Below, one piece after another: positions 40,281-56,020 of a stretch of 64,000 nt of DNA. Position numbers and translations under genes: made by a program. Under the pieces are notes generated by a model. The model was not told the origin of the DNA, did not search any database, and was given only the letters and a program-made list of their open reading frames with translations. The stretch's first letter is position 1. Each line of letters opens with the position of its first letter. This DNA is from Octopus vulgaris (taxonomy: Eukaryota): contig OX597835.1 of NCBI GenBank assembly GCA_951406725.2, forward strand, positions 17,670,001 to 17,734,000. Direction: 5' to 3'.

Positions 40281-40706
40281 TTACTAGATACAATAGCTAC
40301 AGTAACACCCACCCTTTGTGGTTAGCCATATTGAGATGGCTATTATACTTTACATTGTCGAGCGGTTACTGTTTACATCTTGTTCAAAGATTTATTATTG
40401 CTTGCAGACAGTTTTTCGAAATCAGTGACGGAAGTTACTGTATTTGCATACAAGGTCTTCCTTTTCATCGTAAACCAGTGATTACCGCCCGTTGACAAGA
40501 GGCAACTACCTCGAAACTGCGGTCCGTGCGTATCACTTAGGCTTACGAGAAAGGTATGACCTCCCTTGCAAATACCACAAGGGCACAGATAGTGTGCCTA
40601 AAGCCAGCTGGAGACGATGATCTCCTGGGGCTCAAAGCTACAGTAACACCCACCTTTTGTGGTTAGTCATATTGAGATGGCTATTATACTTTACATTACT
40701 AGATAC
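40281..40706 (+). mobile_element. Terminally redundant 341-bp unit with central hammerhead (retrozyme-like or Penelope pLTR-like)
   Basis: 62-bp direct repeats 40295-40356 and 40636-40697 (60 of 62 identical); ttactagatac at 40281-40291 and 40696-40706. Confidence 0.6.
40477..40537 (+). ncRNA. Type-I hammerhead ribozyme candidate with U3-A8 core
   Basis: Stem I AGTGAT-TAC-CGCCCG / CGTGCG-T-ATCACT; core TTGACAA; stem II GAGG-CAACTA-CCTC; GAAA-C-TGCG-G-TC with GUC site after 40524. Confidence 0.72.
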
Positions 40707-40882
40707 TGTTATATTTTAACTAATCTTAGAGAATTAAATGTAAAGTTAACTGGGGCGGGATGCGAACTCAAAGTGCAGAGAGTCGAAACCGAAGCCAATC
40801 ATTTAACGATAGTATCAAGTCACCTTCATAAATACACTCACAGGCATACATATATAATTATGCGCGCACACAAATATTTATC

Positions 40883-40924
<42 letters not shown>

Positions 40925-41064
40925 TACATGCATGCATACACATAAACGCAAACATATATACATACATTTACACACATGCATATATACATATGTACATACA
41001 GATAGACAAAAAGGGTTTAGTCATATACACAGATACATACACAAACATATATAAGCTTTTCTTC

Positions 41065-41637
41065 TCGAGGCACAAGGCCCGAAATTTTTGGGGAGGGAAC
41101 TAGTTGATTACATCGACCCCAGTTTTTCACTGGTACTTAAATTATCGACTCTGAAAGGATGAAAGGCAAAGGCGACTGCGGTTGAATTTCAACTCAGAAC
41201 AGAAAGGCACACGAAATACCTATTTCTTTACTACCCAAAAGGGGCTAAACACAGAGAGGACAAACAAGGACAGACAAACGCATGAAGTCGATTATATCGA
41301 CCCCAGTGCGCAACTGGTACTTATTTAATTGACCTCGAAAAGATGAAAGGCAAAGTCGACCTCGGCGGAATTTGAACTCAGAACGTAACGGCCGGCGAAA
41401 TACGGCTATTTCTTTACTACCCACAAGGGGCTAAGCACAGAGAGGACAAACAAGGACAGTCAAACGGATTAAGTCGATTATATCCACCCCAGTGCGTAAC
41501 TGGTACTGATTTAATCGACCCGGAAAGGATGAAAGGCAAAGTCGACCTCGGCGGAAATTGAACTCAGAACGTAACGGCAGACGAAATACGGCTAAGAATT
41601 TCGCCCGGCGCGCTAACGTTTCTGCCAGCTCGCCACC
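41065..41637 (-). mobile_element. Family A SINE trimer
   Basis: GAAATAC anchors at 41213, 41397, 41583; single head at the right end. Confidence 0.9.
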
Positions 41638-42165
41638 TTTCACAAACATATATATTAGCACAAACACACAGACACACACACAGACACACACACACACAAA
41701 TACATGGACATGCACATATACACACGTATACACGGAAACACATACACACGCGCACATACATATACATAAGTACATAGAGAGAAACGCATACGCTCACTTT
41801 TACATGCAACCATTATGAATTACACCAGGATTAAATTTTGATACGATCAGTATTGGATCTTTCCGTGACCACACTCTTGGCATTTACAGTCAGAGCTACC
41901 ATAGTTGTTAACGCGGGACTGAAATAGCTGTATCCTAAAATTGAAACCGTATCGTACTGACACTGCTGTTTGTCATGGCGTTACCATCTGACGAATGGTG
42001 CAGATGATGTTATCCGAGTATCCACATATGAATATACACACATAGATATATACACATATATATAGTCGCACTCAGACACACAGAGCACCTTCCATCTTTA
42101 ACCACACACATACACACACACACACACATACAAGAACTCTCACACGTATATATGCATATGTATAT

Positions 42166-42318
42166 AGGAGTGGCTGTGTGGTAAGTAGCTTGCTTACGAA
42201 CCACATGGTTCCGGGTTCAGTCCCACTGCGTGGCACCTTGAGCAAGTGTCTTGAGCCGACAAAAGCCTTGTGAGTGGATTTGGTAGACGGAAACTGAAAG
42301 AAGCCCGTCGTATATATG

Positions 42319-42355
<37 letters not shown>

Positions 42356-42570
42356 ATGTTTGTGTGCCTGTGTTTGTCCCTCCAACATCGCTTGACAACC
42401 GATGCTGGTGTGTTTACGTCTCCGTAGCTAGCGGTTCGGCAAAAGAGACCGATAGAAGAAGTACTAGGCTTACAAAGAATTAGTCCTGGGGTCGATTTGC
42501 TCGACTAAAGGCGGTGCTCCAGTATGGCCACATTCAACTGATTGAAACAATTAAAAGAGTAAAAGAGTAA
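42166..42570 (+). mobile_element. Family B SINE, near full length
   Basis: Near-identical to 1621-2030. Confidence 0.92.
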
Positions 42571-43059
42571 TATATATATATTATATTATATATATGAATA
42601 TATACAAACCTATCTATCTATCTATCAATCTATCTATCTATCTGTGTGTGTATTCACATTTCTGTATATTCAGTTATTTTGGTTGTATTGGACTTCAGGC
42701 GAAACTCGGAGTCCCAATCAACATTAATTTCATATTAAATTTAAATCTACTCTCCGTATTATGCCGACCACTCCCGCTCTGTTGACGTTCCGTGTTCTTC
42801 TTAAACTTGCTTTAATATAATAACCTTAGTTTAACACACACACACGTCTATACACACACAGGCAGTGACTCGTAAGCAAACACATAGATACACAGCATAC
42901 GTTTGTATACATACCAAGAAGGGAGATAGTCTTTGTTTGTGTGTGTGTGTATGTGTGTGTCATCTAAAACAGTTATTACATTTTAGGATATAATTAATTA
43001 CAATCTGTCAAATATACAGACAAGTACGGGTGTATGTATCACTGTATGTACGTATGGAG

Positions 43060-43101
<42 letters not shown>

Positions 43102-43117
43102 ATGTGTGTGTATGTGC

Positions 43118-43149
<32 letters not shown>

Positions 43150-43472
43150 GTGTTTGTGCATATATATGTGTATATATGTGTGTATGTATGTGCATATATA
43201 TGTATATATATATAAATATATACGTATGTATGCTTATATATATGTGTATATATATATTAATAATATGTATATATATACATATAAATGTATATATGTATGT
43301 ATTTCTCTGTATGTGTATATATTATTTGTTCGTGTATATGTCTGTTTATATAGGTATATATATATATATATATATAATCATTAGAACGGACGCCATGTAC
43401 TCATGAGACCTCTTGCAGCTATCTTGTAAAATGAGATAGACTAGTAAGATAGATGAATGATAAATAGATAGA

Positions 43473-43537
<65 letters not shown>

Positions 43538-43695
43538 CCAAGAGATAGATAAATACGCACGTAGATAGATAGGAAGATAGATGGGTAACGAGAGAGAGAG
43601 ACAAATAGACAGAAGATACTCCAATCAACCTACAAGCCACCCAACCAACCAACTGCTCAGCCAGCCGCCAGTCAGTCAGTTAGACAGTCAGACTG

Positions 43696-43728
<33 letters not shown>

Positions 43729-43732
<4 letters not shown>

Positions 43733-44044
43733 TATGATCACCGTGACCGACCAGGCTATCAGATGTTGCTACACATCGCTGGTCACAATGCGCTTCGCAT
43801 TGTTTTAGCCTTCAAATGACGCCACCTCGCTGGCTAAGCGAGCAGGCCAACAGAAGAGAGAGTGAGAGAAAGTTGTGGCGAAAGAGTACAGCAGGGATCG
43901 CCCCCCCCCCCGCTGGAGCCTCTTGGAGCTTTAGGTGTTTTCGCTCAATAAACACTTACAACGCCCGATCTGGGAATCGAAACCGCGATCCTACGACCGC
44001 AAGTCCGCTGCCCTAACGTTTGGGCTATTGCGCCATTGCGCCTC

Positions 44045-44045
<1 letters not shown>
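43729..44045 (-). mobile_element. Family C tRNA-derived SINE, full length
   Basis: Minus GGAGGCGCAATGG...GTTAGGGCAGCGGAC...GGTTTCGATTCCC head; homologous to 56306-56549. Confidence 0.9.
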
Positions 44046-44115
<70 letters not shown>

Positions 44116-44661
44116 TTGCACATATATATGTGTGTGTGTTTGTGTGTATAGCGAGAGAGAGAGAGAGAGAGAGATAGATAAGTCGATTGATGTGTTCATA
44201 GATAGAAAGAGAGGTTGATATATTGATTTGAGGGTGCATGTATGGATCGCTGAACGAATGGTTGGATGTGTAGATTGGCGAATGGTCGGATGGAAGTGTG
44301 GAAAATGTATGTCCAAGTAAGTCTATATGATTGAAGTATAGATGTATGTGTGTGTGTGTGTATCTTTTATGAAAATATAGAGGCTATATATCAACCACAG
44401 GTGCTCATACACATACATAGCCTCTGTCTTGCACACGCACACATATACACATACATATATATACATATATTCACATCCATCTCACCCTTACACATATACA
44501 TGAACATACATATATATACATTCACACGCTTCTGAAAGTCAGTGTATATATATGAAAGTTATCTGCTCAACATTTCCTACACACACTTTTAAATGACAAT
44601 CGCTGAATATAAAAGTTATCTAAATGTCTGTCTGTATGTAATTATATACGTATTTGTCTGG

Positions 44662-44828
44662 TGCAGGCATGCCTGTGGTAAGCAGCTTGCTGTCCAACTA
44701 CATCGTTCTGAGTTCGATCCCACTGCGTGGCACCATGCATAACTGTCTACCACTATAGCTTCGGGTCAACCAAAGTCTACTGATTGAATTTAGTAGACAG
44801 AAACTGAAAGAAGCCCGTCGTATATATA

Positions 44829-44880
<52 letters not shown>

Positions 44881-44884
44881 TATG

Positions 44885-44917
<33 letters not shown>

Positions 44918-45135
44918 GCATATATATATCTATGTGCGTATGTGTGTCTATCTGTGTTTCACCCTCCGCCCCATCACCGCTATTCAACCGGTGTTGTTTG
45001 GTTTATGTTTCGGCAAAAAAAAGACCGACAAACTAAGTATCAGGTTTAAAAAGGTAAGTCCCGACGTCGATTTGTTCGACTAAAAGATGGTGCTCCAGTA
45101 TGGCCGCAGTCACATGACTAAAACACGTAAAATGA
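44662..45135 (+). mobile_element. Family B SINE
   Basis: Head, aaactgaaagaagcccgtcg, internal microsatellite, ggtgctccagtatggccgcagtc tail. Confidence 0.85.
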
Positions 45136-45282
45136 AAATATCAAAAAATGTATTCGTACATAAGCTTACACATACGCGCACTACTCACATACGCTCATAT
45201 ATATGTAAGCAGGCCTCTCTCCACCAATGCATACACACACATATATATATATATATGTATACACATACACACACATATTTTT

Positions 45283-45342
<60 letters not shown>

Positions 45343-45444
45343 GTGTGTGTAAGCGGGTATCATACACATGCACAAATGCACACAGTCACACACACAAACG
45401 CGTTTTCCCCATCCAGATATACAGTATTTTTATATCATTATATA

Positions 45445-46033
45445 TCGGTTTCAAATTGTGTGACAAGAAGAGCAGAAATGTCTGGGAAGGGCGTAAGTCG
45501 ATTGTACAGACCCCAGTGCGCAGCTGGTACTTATGTAATCAACCCGGAAAAGATAAAAGGGAAACATCGACCCCCTCGGCGGAATTTAAACTCAGAACGT
45601 AACGACAGACGAAATACCTATTTCTTTATTACCCACTAGGGGCTAAACACAGAGGGGACAAACAAGGACAGACATGGGTATTAAGTCGATTACGTCGACT
45701 GCAGTACTCATCTGGTACTTAATTTATCGACCCCGAAAAAATGAAAGGCAAAGTCGACCTCGGTGGAATTTGAACTCAGAACATAACGACAGACGAAATA
45801 CCTATTTCTTTATTACCCACTAGGGGCTAAACACAGAGGGGACAAACTAGGACAGACAAAGGTATTAAGTCGATTACATCGACGACAGTGCGTCACTGGT
45901 ACTTAATTTATCGACCCCGAAAGGATGAAAGGCAAAGTCGACCTCGGCGGAATTTGAACTCAGAACGTAGCGACGGGCGAAATACCGCTAAGCATTTCGC
46001 CCAGCGTGCTAACGATTCCGCCAGCTAGCTGCC
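45445..46033 (-). mobile_element. Family A SINE trimer
   Basis: GAAATAC anchors at 45611, 45795, 45979 (184-bp spacing). Confidence 0.9.
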
Positions 46034-46556
46034 GTATTTCGTTATATATTGACATGTTACTGTATACAATAACAACTATATTGGTAAGTTTGATTTAAGT
46101 TTATCATACAATAAATATCTCTGTAATCATCCAGACGGACGACTTGTACTCATTCAAGCTGTTATAGATACCATATAGAGAGGGGTGGATTAAAGAACGC
46201 ACCTGTAACCTGTAAAGAAGGCATATTAATTAGGAATGTTTATAATGAACAAAAAACAGGTTAATTTTGTACATTGCTTTAATGTGTATGTGTGTGCTTG
46301 TGTGTGAGAAATGTGTGTAGGTGTGTGTTTGTGTCATCTCGCTGTCTCTCCTACTTTCTTTCTTTCGCTGTTTCTCTTTCACGTCTGTGTCAGTGTTGTT
46401 TGTGTGTGTGTGTGTGTGTTCTTTGAAGAGGGTGATGTTACAGAACGGGTGGGGGAAAGGGAGGATTTTTGAGTAATAGGTATGTATACACAATTCTGCT
46501 GTTGCTGTTATCGATGTGTGTGTGTGTGTGTGTCCGTATATATGTGCGTACGTGTG

Positions 46557-46622
<66 letters not shown>

Positions 46623-46743
46623 ATATATATAAGCGAGTGTGCATGTGTTCATATATGTGGATATGTATAAAGAAATATCTATATACATATATAAATATAT
46701 AGGTACAGACATGTATATATAAGTATATATATGTATAAATTTC

Positions 46744-46809
<66 letters not shown>

Positions 46810-47024
46810 GCACGAAGTTTTGTCAGGGAAGAGGTCGCGGTTTCAAAGCGACGAAAATATTTTGAAATAAATTATATTTAAATGTTCAAGTGAATCTAGC
46901 GGCTTTATTTTTGTTGTTTTTAAATGTCTTACAAACACCTTTCCGCGAAATTTTATGTTCGGTGACCTCTGCCTGGTACCACCACTCTCTTTCTCTCTCC
47001 CCTTCTGTCTCTCTCTTTCTCTGA

Positions 47025-47071
<47 letters not shown>

Positions 47072-47155
47072 TGTTTAAGTAACTTTACTTAGAGATATAC
47101 TTTGGTATGTATGCATGTCTGTATTTATATAGATGTACATGGTATACTTCTGTTC

Positions 47156-47201
<46 letters not shown>

Positions 47202-47947
47202 TCACACACACTCACACTCACACACACACACACACACAGACATATATATTTATAAATGTGTATAGCATATAGAGGTGTACAAACTTCAGTCTGCGTATAT
47301 GTGTATACAAAATATATACACACGTACATTCGTGTATATATGTATGTTATGTAGATGCGTTTCCATCGTTATCGACGATGACTGATCCAACTGTTTTATC
47401 AAATGGACCCACCGTCACATTGAATTTAAAAGGGACTGGCCGAGTATACCGCAAGCCGAAACAATATGCAACTATGGGTAAATAATCCCACCCTTGTTGC
47501 CGAACGGAAGTGCCCCGTGATTTTTTCAAACACATGCACCTTTAACTTGTTACCCAGATACAAGCACCGTGGCAGAATCGGGTTGCCAACCCGCCCCTTT
47601 TTATTTACACGTATAATCATTATGGTACGCTCCCACCCATATATCATCTACCCTGTTAGCTTACATATAGGTTGGGTGGTCAACGCGGTGCTATGCTAAA
47701 GTTTATTGGGTCCGTGAATTGACGTAGTGAGATCGAAACCGTGATCCCATGATTGCAAAATTATCGTGCATGGTACGAAACCAACTAACTTGATACAGTC
47801 ACGGTGTCAGTGTTCTGCTGTGCGCATGTACGTACATGTGTGTGTGTGTGTATATATACATACACCCATGTTCGTATTTTGTTTTTTTTTTGTAAATTCT
47901 TAAGATATATATATACATACATATGTTTCTCCCTCTCTCTCTCTCTC

Positions 47948-47990
<43 letters not shown>

Positions 47991-48976
47991 TTAAAGTTAT
48001 AGTGATTTATACACAATCTTAAACCTCTGTTCTTGATAAATACTTTTATCTTACCGCCAATCGTTTTCGTTGCAAACACACTCACGCACACACACTCACG
48101 CACACACATTCACACATGCACACGCACAAACAGACACACACACACACACACACTGAGAGATATACATACGGACAAGACATACATGTATACATACCTATAT
48201 ATATACACACATATAAAACTATACATATATACACACACACATACACACACCCACATTGACACGCTCTCTTTCTCTCTCTCTCTCTCTTTCAAACACACAT
48301 ACAATCAAACACTCACACGCACATAGAGACACACACAGCACATGTACATGAAAGCGTAAACACAATCATACACGCGCACACATGCAAAATCACACACACA
48401 GAAGCTCAGCAAAGACACACTCATGCACGCACACAAACACACACACCTCTACATGTATGCTTGTACAAGCGTATGCTTACGTATAAGAGTGCAAAATTTG
48501 CTTATTCCAGTGTACGCGGGGATCTATTAACACACGCATTACGCATTCGACAGACACATTTGTTTATACAATTACAGACACCCACAAAATACTCAGTCTG
48601 CCATTAGAATGCGTATATAGCATATAGTGTGCATGTTTATTTCTATGTGTATATGTGTGTGAGTCTTTAGGTGCGTGTTTAAACCTATGAATTGAATTGA
48701 ACCAGTTTCATCTCACGAACCGTGGCCATGCTGGGGCATAGCCATTATGTATGATATACATAAATAATTATGGACGTAATTAATAATAAAACTGTGTGTG
48801 CGTGCGGTCATGTGCACGTATGTGTATGTGTTTGTGTATATACATACCTGCATGCTTATAATATATGGAACATATAGATAAATGGATAAATAGATCGATC
48901 GATCGATAGCTACAGGAACAGATGAATACATTAATACATTTGCATGTGTATACGTATACATGTATGTGTGTGTATG

Positions 48977-49010
<34 letters not shown>

Positions 49011-49519
49011 TATATATATATATCTATATATACATACACTCACACACACACATATATATATATACAAATGATATATATATATATATATATATATGTACAT
49101 ACATGTACACATACACACACACACATACACATACATATATATATATGTATGTACATATTCATACACACGCTTCCAGAACTATACACAATCGCACTCAATA
49201 CACCCATACATAATCGTACACTATCTCATATACATACATTGATACATGACGCACACACACACACACACACACAGATACATACACACATACATACGTACAC
49301 ACATGCATACACACACATATATAGATACACACACACACACATACAAACACATGTCTTCATGGTGATCTATAAACGTTGGATTCCTAAGTAGACTCTCATA
49401 TTGCATTCTATTTTATTCCGATATGCTTTATAGAAACGCTTTAATATTTCATACTTAAATAATGCGGTTTGAATAAATTGAAGTTGTTTCACGTGAAGGA
49501 ATGTGTATACAGACATAAG

Positions 49520-49631
49520 TATGTGTATATATAATATATATATGTGTATACAGATATATGTGTGTGTATATATAATATATATATATATATATATGCATAA
49601 AGATATATATATATATGTATATATATATATG

Positions 49632-49675
<44 letters not shown>

Positions 49676-49692
49676 TAGATATATGATATATA

Positions 49693-49737
<45 letters not shown>

Positions 49738-49891
49738 GAGATATATGATATATATATATATGTATATATAGATATATGATATATAATATATGTATATAGA
49801 TATATGATATATAATATATGTATATATAGATATATATATATAATATATATATATATATATGATATATAATATATGTATATATAGATATATG

Positions 49892-49924
<33 letters not shown>

Positions 49925-49970
49925 TAATATATATATATATATATATAATATATATATCATATATATGATT

Positions 49971-50001
<31 letters not shown>

Positions 50002-50051
50002 ATATATATATATGTTTATACACAAACACGCTCACTCACTCACACGTGGCA

Positions 50052-50085
<34 letters not shown>
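49520..50085. repeat. Interrupted (TA)n tract
   Basis: Direct reading. Confidence 0.95.
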
Positions 50086-50096
<11 letters not shown>

Positions 50097-50989
50097 GTAT
50101 ATGTATGTATGTAGGTAGGTAAGTATGTGTCTATCCAAATATATATATTTTTGTTCATACCATAGTATAAACGTTCAGGTAGTACCATGAAGTATGTGTG
50201 TACGTATACACCTCTTGTTTGAATGTACTTGTTAGCTTAGTAATACATGCATTTGTCAGTATATGTATGTGTTTATATATGTATACGCATAGTCAAAAAT
50301 ATGCATAAATGTGTGTGTGTGTATTTGTGTGTGTATTTGTGTGTGTATGTGTGTGTCTATGTTTGTATATGTACCGCAAACAGCCATAACGTGTCCGTAC
50401 ACGCAAACGCGCGCGCATACAGACACACACGTACACACATACACACTTACACCCACTCCCATACACACAGAACTACACACATTCACATACTGTTATAATA
50501 CTTGTAATAGTTGTCCAGTAAATTAGGAGGCATGTAGTGAAAATATCTGCCAGAAATAGCAGCTAAATTTCCCTCATTTATACATCGGATAAAGTATGAA
50601 TGTATCTGTTTTAATATGAATAAACAAAATGGTCACGTTTGGATCTCCTTCGTCATAGGTTCATTTGGGCACAGTTTATTCAATGTATAAACACCAAAAT
50701 TATCATTGTGTATCTATCTATCTATCTATCTATCGATCTATCTATCTATGTATCGATCTATCTATCTATCTATCTATCTATCTATATATCTATCTATCTA
50801 TCTCTCTATCTCTCAATCAGTTTATGTATCGTCTGTCTGTCTGTCTGCCTATCTATCTATCCATCTCTTTCCCATTCTATCTGTCTCTCTTTATCTGTCT
50901 ATGTCTCCCTCTATCTCTCCATCTATCTATCCATATATCTACCTGTCTGTCTATATATCGACCTGTCTTTTTTTTTTCCTCTCCCCCTT

Positions 50990-51353
50990 TTTTTAACCCC
51001 CCTTTTCTTTGTCCTCTTTCTCTCCTTTTACGATCCCTTTTGATCGAAACTCCCCCTTCCCTTTTTTTTTTTTTAAACCTTCAAAAGAAAAGCTCTACCT
51101 TGTAATTTGTTCTATCTGTGTGCAGCCCTGTGTGGCTAATAAAGAAACATATCTATCAATCTATCTATCTGTCTATCCCACACTTTCTCATTCTGTCTAT
51201 CTGTGCGTCTCTCTCTCTCTCTAACTATCTGTCTATCTCTACCTCTCTTTCTTACTCTGCCTATCTATCCATCGATCCAACGATCCATCGATCCATCCAG
51301 CCGATTGTCTGTGTCTATTTATCTATCCCTCTCTTCATCATTCTGCCTGCCTC

Positions 51354-51402
<49 letters not shown>

Positions 51403-51650
51403 GTATCTATCTATCGATCTATCTACCTACCTTTCTATCCATTCATTTAAAAAAAAAAATTTTTATTTTATTTTTTCTTTGTTCTTCTTTTTCCCTTTTA
51501 CGATCCCTTTTGATCGGAAACCTACGCCACCTTCTTTTTTTTTGTTTCTTTTGTTTTTTGTTTTTTTCATCCCCCCAAAAGCAAAGCTCTGCTCTACCTT
51601 GTAACTTGTCCCATCTGTGTGCAGCCCTGTGTGGCCAATAAAGAAACTTA
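50990..51650 (+). repeat. Two diverged copies of a ~160-bp element end (50990-51150, 51490-51650)
   Basis: cttttacgatcccttttgatcg...gctctaccttgtaa...tctgtgtgcagccctgtgtggc.aataaagaaac occurs twice. Confidence 0.8.
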
Positions 51651-52019
51651 TCCATTCATTCATCCATCCGCCTTAACTGTGTACCTATTCCTCCTCTACA
51701 TCCATCTCTCTATCCTCTCCACTAATCGTAAAACACCCTGCGTCTAGTGTTTATTATCTCTACTTATCACTCAACCAGTCTTTCCATCTCCCAGTCTGCC
51801 TGGCTGACTGCTGGTCTCTCTGACAATAATGTATATTTGTCTATTAGCATGTGCGTGCGTCTGTGTGTGTGCATGGGTGTTTGTGTGTCTGTGTGTGTGT
51901 TTGTGTGTCAGTGTGTCTGTAATTGTGTCTGTGAATATGTGTACACTTGTGTGTGTTTGTTTTATCTATCAGTTAAAAAATCAATCACATCAATGTATAT
52001 TAATATATCGAAGAGTTAA

Positions 52020-52766
<747 letters not shown>

Positions 52767-52918
52767 TGCATTCCCTTCTTGAAGATGACCGTTCTGTTCA
52801 TACACTTTCGAAATATTCTATCTGCTAATTGTACCAATATTTAATACCTACCTACCGACCTACTTACCTACCTACCTTCATAGACATACATACATAAAAA
52901 TATATAGTTACACATACA

Positions 52919-52974
<56 letters not shown>

Positions 52975-53146
52975 TAGATAGATATATATACTAATATTAA
53001 GGGTTCAGCAAAAGAAATGCATCACCACATACCGAAGTTCAGAAATAGCAGCCAAAATCTAAGCTATTTCTTCTACTTAAAAAGTCTACTAGAGAAACCT
53101 TAATACTTGATTAGTAATTGATTAGTTTTACCCTTAATTATTGTTG

Positions 53147-53194
<48 letters not shown>

Positions 53195-53479
53195 CACATA
53201 CATGCATGCACGTATACACACAGAAAAATTAAAATTTCCTCGAGGTGTCTGTATAAATATATATAAAGATAGATAGATAGATATGTATGATATATATGTA
53301 TGTATCTATATATACATATCTATCTATTTATCTATCTATATATGTCTGTGTGTATACGTGTGTGTGTGTGTGTATACATACATCTCATACACGACTTTAC
53401 GATAATTTCTTCATTTCTCCTTCTTTTCCAAAGATCGTTTCACAACTCTCGCTTGGAACGACTTTTTCTCTCTGTTTTT

Positions 53480-53950
53480 TCCTTCCATTAATTTCATTCA
53501 TTCATTCATCTCATTCATTCCTTTCATTCACTCTTCTCATTCATTAATTTCACTCAGTCATTCCTTCGTTCAGTAGCACTTTCCTTCTTTCTTCTTTCTT
53601 CTTTCCTTTCTTTCATTAATTAATTCATCAATTCATTAAGTCGTTCATTGTCATTCTTTCTTTCACTCGCCTTTTCTCTCCTTCTCAATTTCTTTCTTTC
53701 TCTCTCTTTCTTTCTTTCCTTTTCTCCAACTCTTCTTTCTTTCCTTCCTTCTTTTTGTCCTTTCTTTTGTCTGTCTGTGTTTCTTTCTTTCTTTCCTTTC
53801 TTTCACTCGCCTTTTCTCTCCTTCTCAATTTCTTTCTTTCTCTCTCTTTCTTTCTTTCCTCTTCTCCAACTCTTCTTTCCTTCTTTCTTTCCTTCTTTTT
53901 GTCCTTTCTTTCTCTGTCTTTCTTTCTTTCATTCCTTTCTTTCACTACTG
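53480..53950. repeat. (TTTC)/(TTCA)-rich polypyrimidine tract with internal duplication
   Basis: tttcactcgccttttctctccttctcaatttc occurs twice. Confidence 0.9.
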
Positions 53951-54248
53951 TTCCTTCATCATCTCCTCTTCCTCCACCCTATCCTCCTCTTCCGTATACT
54001 TTATAGCATCTCCCTTTATCATTTCCCTGTGACTCCAGTCACAGTCCTCAGTCTCTGTAATCTAGTTCTGACGGCAGAAGCAAAGAGGGAGGAGCGGGGT
54101 GGGTGAGCATTAGATACCTGAAATCGTTTTGTTGTTCATCCCATATCAGTAAAATTAAAGCGGTTACTGTTCAGTTTGAACGACTGTTGTGCAAAACACA
54201 GCAAGACGCACACACACTCTTATACATGAGTATATAAATGTATATGTG

Positions 54249-54298
<50 letters not shown>

Positions 54299-54370
54299 TA
54301 TGCATATATATATGTGTGTGTTTGTGTGTGTATATATACATGTATATGGTGTGTGTGTGTGTGTAAGTGA

Positions 54371-54420
<50 letters not shown>

Positions 54421-54477
54421 GTATGTATATATATATATATGTATGTATATATATATATGTATGTATGTATATATATT

Positions 54478-54568
54478 CCTTCTTCCCTTCTTTCCTGACC
54501 GTCCAATAATACTTTATTTGTTCCACGTCCTCGCGTTGCTGTTTTTTTTTGTGTTTTCTTGTTTGGAT

Positions 54569-54573
<5 letters not shown>
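54478..54573 (+). mobile_element. 3' fragment of the element at 11590-11750
   Basis: Reverse complement match; flanked by (TA)n; truncated before the ribozyme motif. Confidence 0.8.
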
Positions 54574-54653
<80 letters not shown>

Positions 54654-54795
54654 GTATTTGACATGGATATTGGTAGTAAGATAACAAGGTAAAGCCTTTA
54701 ATAAGAGGGGTTAAGAAAGTCAATGAGGAATATAAAACAAAATAAATTAATATACAATTAAACATATTTCTTACGCATGCAAGGATACATGTATG

Positions 54796-54828
<33 letters not shown>

Positions 54829-54898
54829 CTGCATCCAGATAACAGACACGTATATCTCTATATATGTGTGTTTATATATATATTTGTGTGTGTGTCTG

Positions 54899-55310
54899 TT
54901 TCTTTACTGCCCACAAGGAGCTAAACATAGAGGGGACAAAAAAGGACAGACGAACGGATTGAGTCGATTATATCGACCCCAGTGCGAAACTGGTACTTTT
55001 ATTTATCGACACCGAAAGGATGAAAGGCAAAGTTGACCTCGGCGTAATTTCAACTCAGAACGTAACGACAGACGAAATACCTATTTCTTTATTACCCACA
55101 AGGGGCTAAACACAGAGGGGACAAACAAGGACAGACGAAGGGATTGAGTCGATTATATCGACCCCAGTGCGAAACTGGTACTTTTATTTATCGACACCGA
55201 AAGGATGAAAGGCAAAGTTGACCTCGGCGGAATTTGAACTCAGAACGTAACGACAGACGAAATACCGCTAAGCATTTCACCCGGCGCGCTAACGTGACTG
55301 CCAGCTCGCC
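54899..55310 (-). mobile_element. Family A SINE dimer
   Basis: Anchors at 55074 and 55259; both units share private variants (gcgaaactgg, cgacaccg, aagttgacc). Confidence 0.92.
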
Positions 55311-55487
55311 CCATATATATATATATAATTGTTGGTTTGTAGGTTTGGTAGAAATATATATTTTCAAAACAACGATATGTATAGTTTTAATCGGCAGAAG
55401 TCACAAAGTGATTCAAAATTTTAAAGTTTCGTGTATGCTCAAAACTCTCGTTCCTGATTCACTTTTCAACTTCTGTGATTGAAACCC

Positions 55488-55541
<54 letters not shown>

Positions 55542-55734
55542 GTATATATGTATATATGTATATATATGTATGTGAGTGTATGTGCGTGCATGTATGTATG
55601 TATATATGTGTCTTCGTATGTACGTGTCTGCGTGCGTATGTATGTGTATATGTATGTATTTATGTATATACGTACGTTCGTATGTACGTACCTGTCTGCG
55701 TACGTATGTATGTATATATGTGTGTACATGTAAG

Positions 55735-55766
<32 letters not shown>

Positions 55767-55970
55767 CGTATGTATGGACGTGCGTGCCTGTGTATGTTTG
55801 TATGTCCTATTATAAGTATAAACTGTCGTTGATTCATTGAAAAGCGATGAATTATAAATTAAAGGAACTCAATATGTAAACGTAGTGTATTATTAAATAC
55901 ATAAAGTTGGGTGTCTGTTTTAGGGAATTAAGAAATTGAGAATGTAAGAAAGGAAGAAGGACTGGGTGCA

Positions 55971-56009
<39 letters not shown>

Positions 56010-56020
56010 CACATATATAT

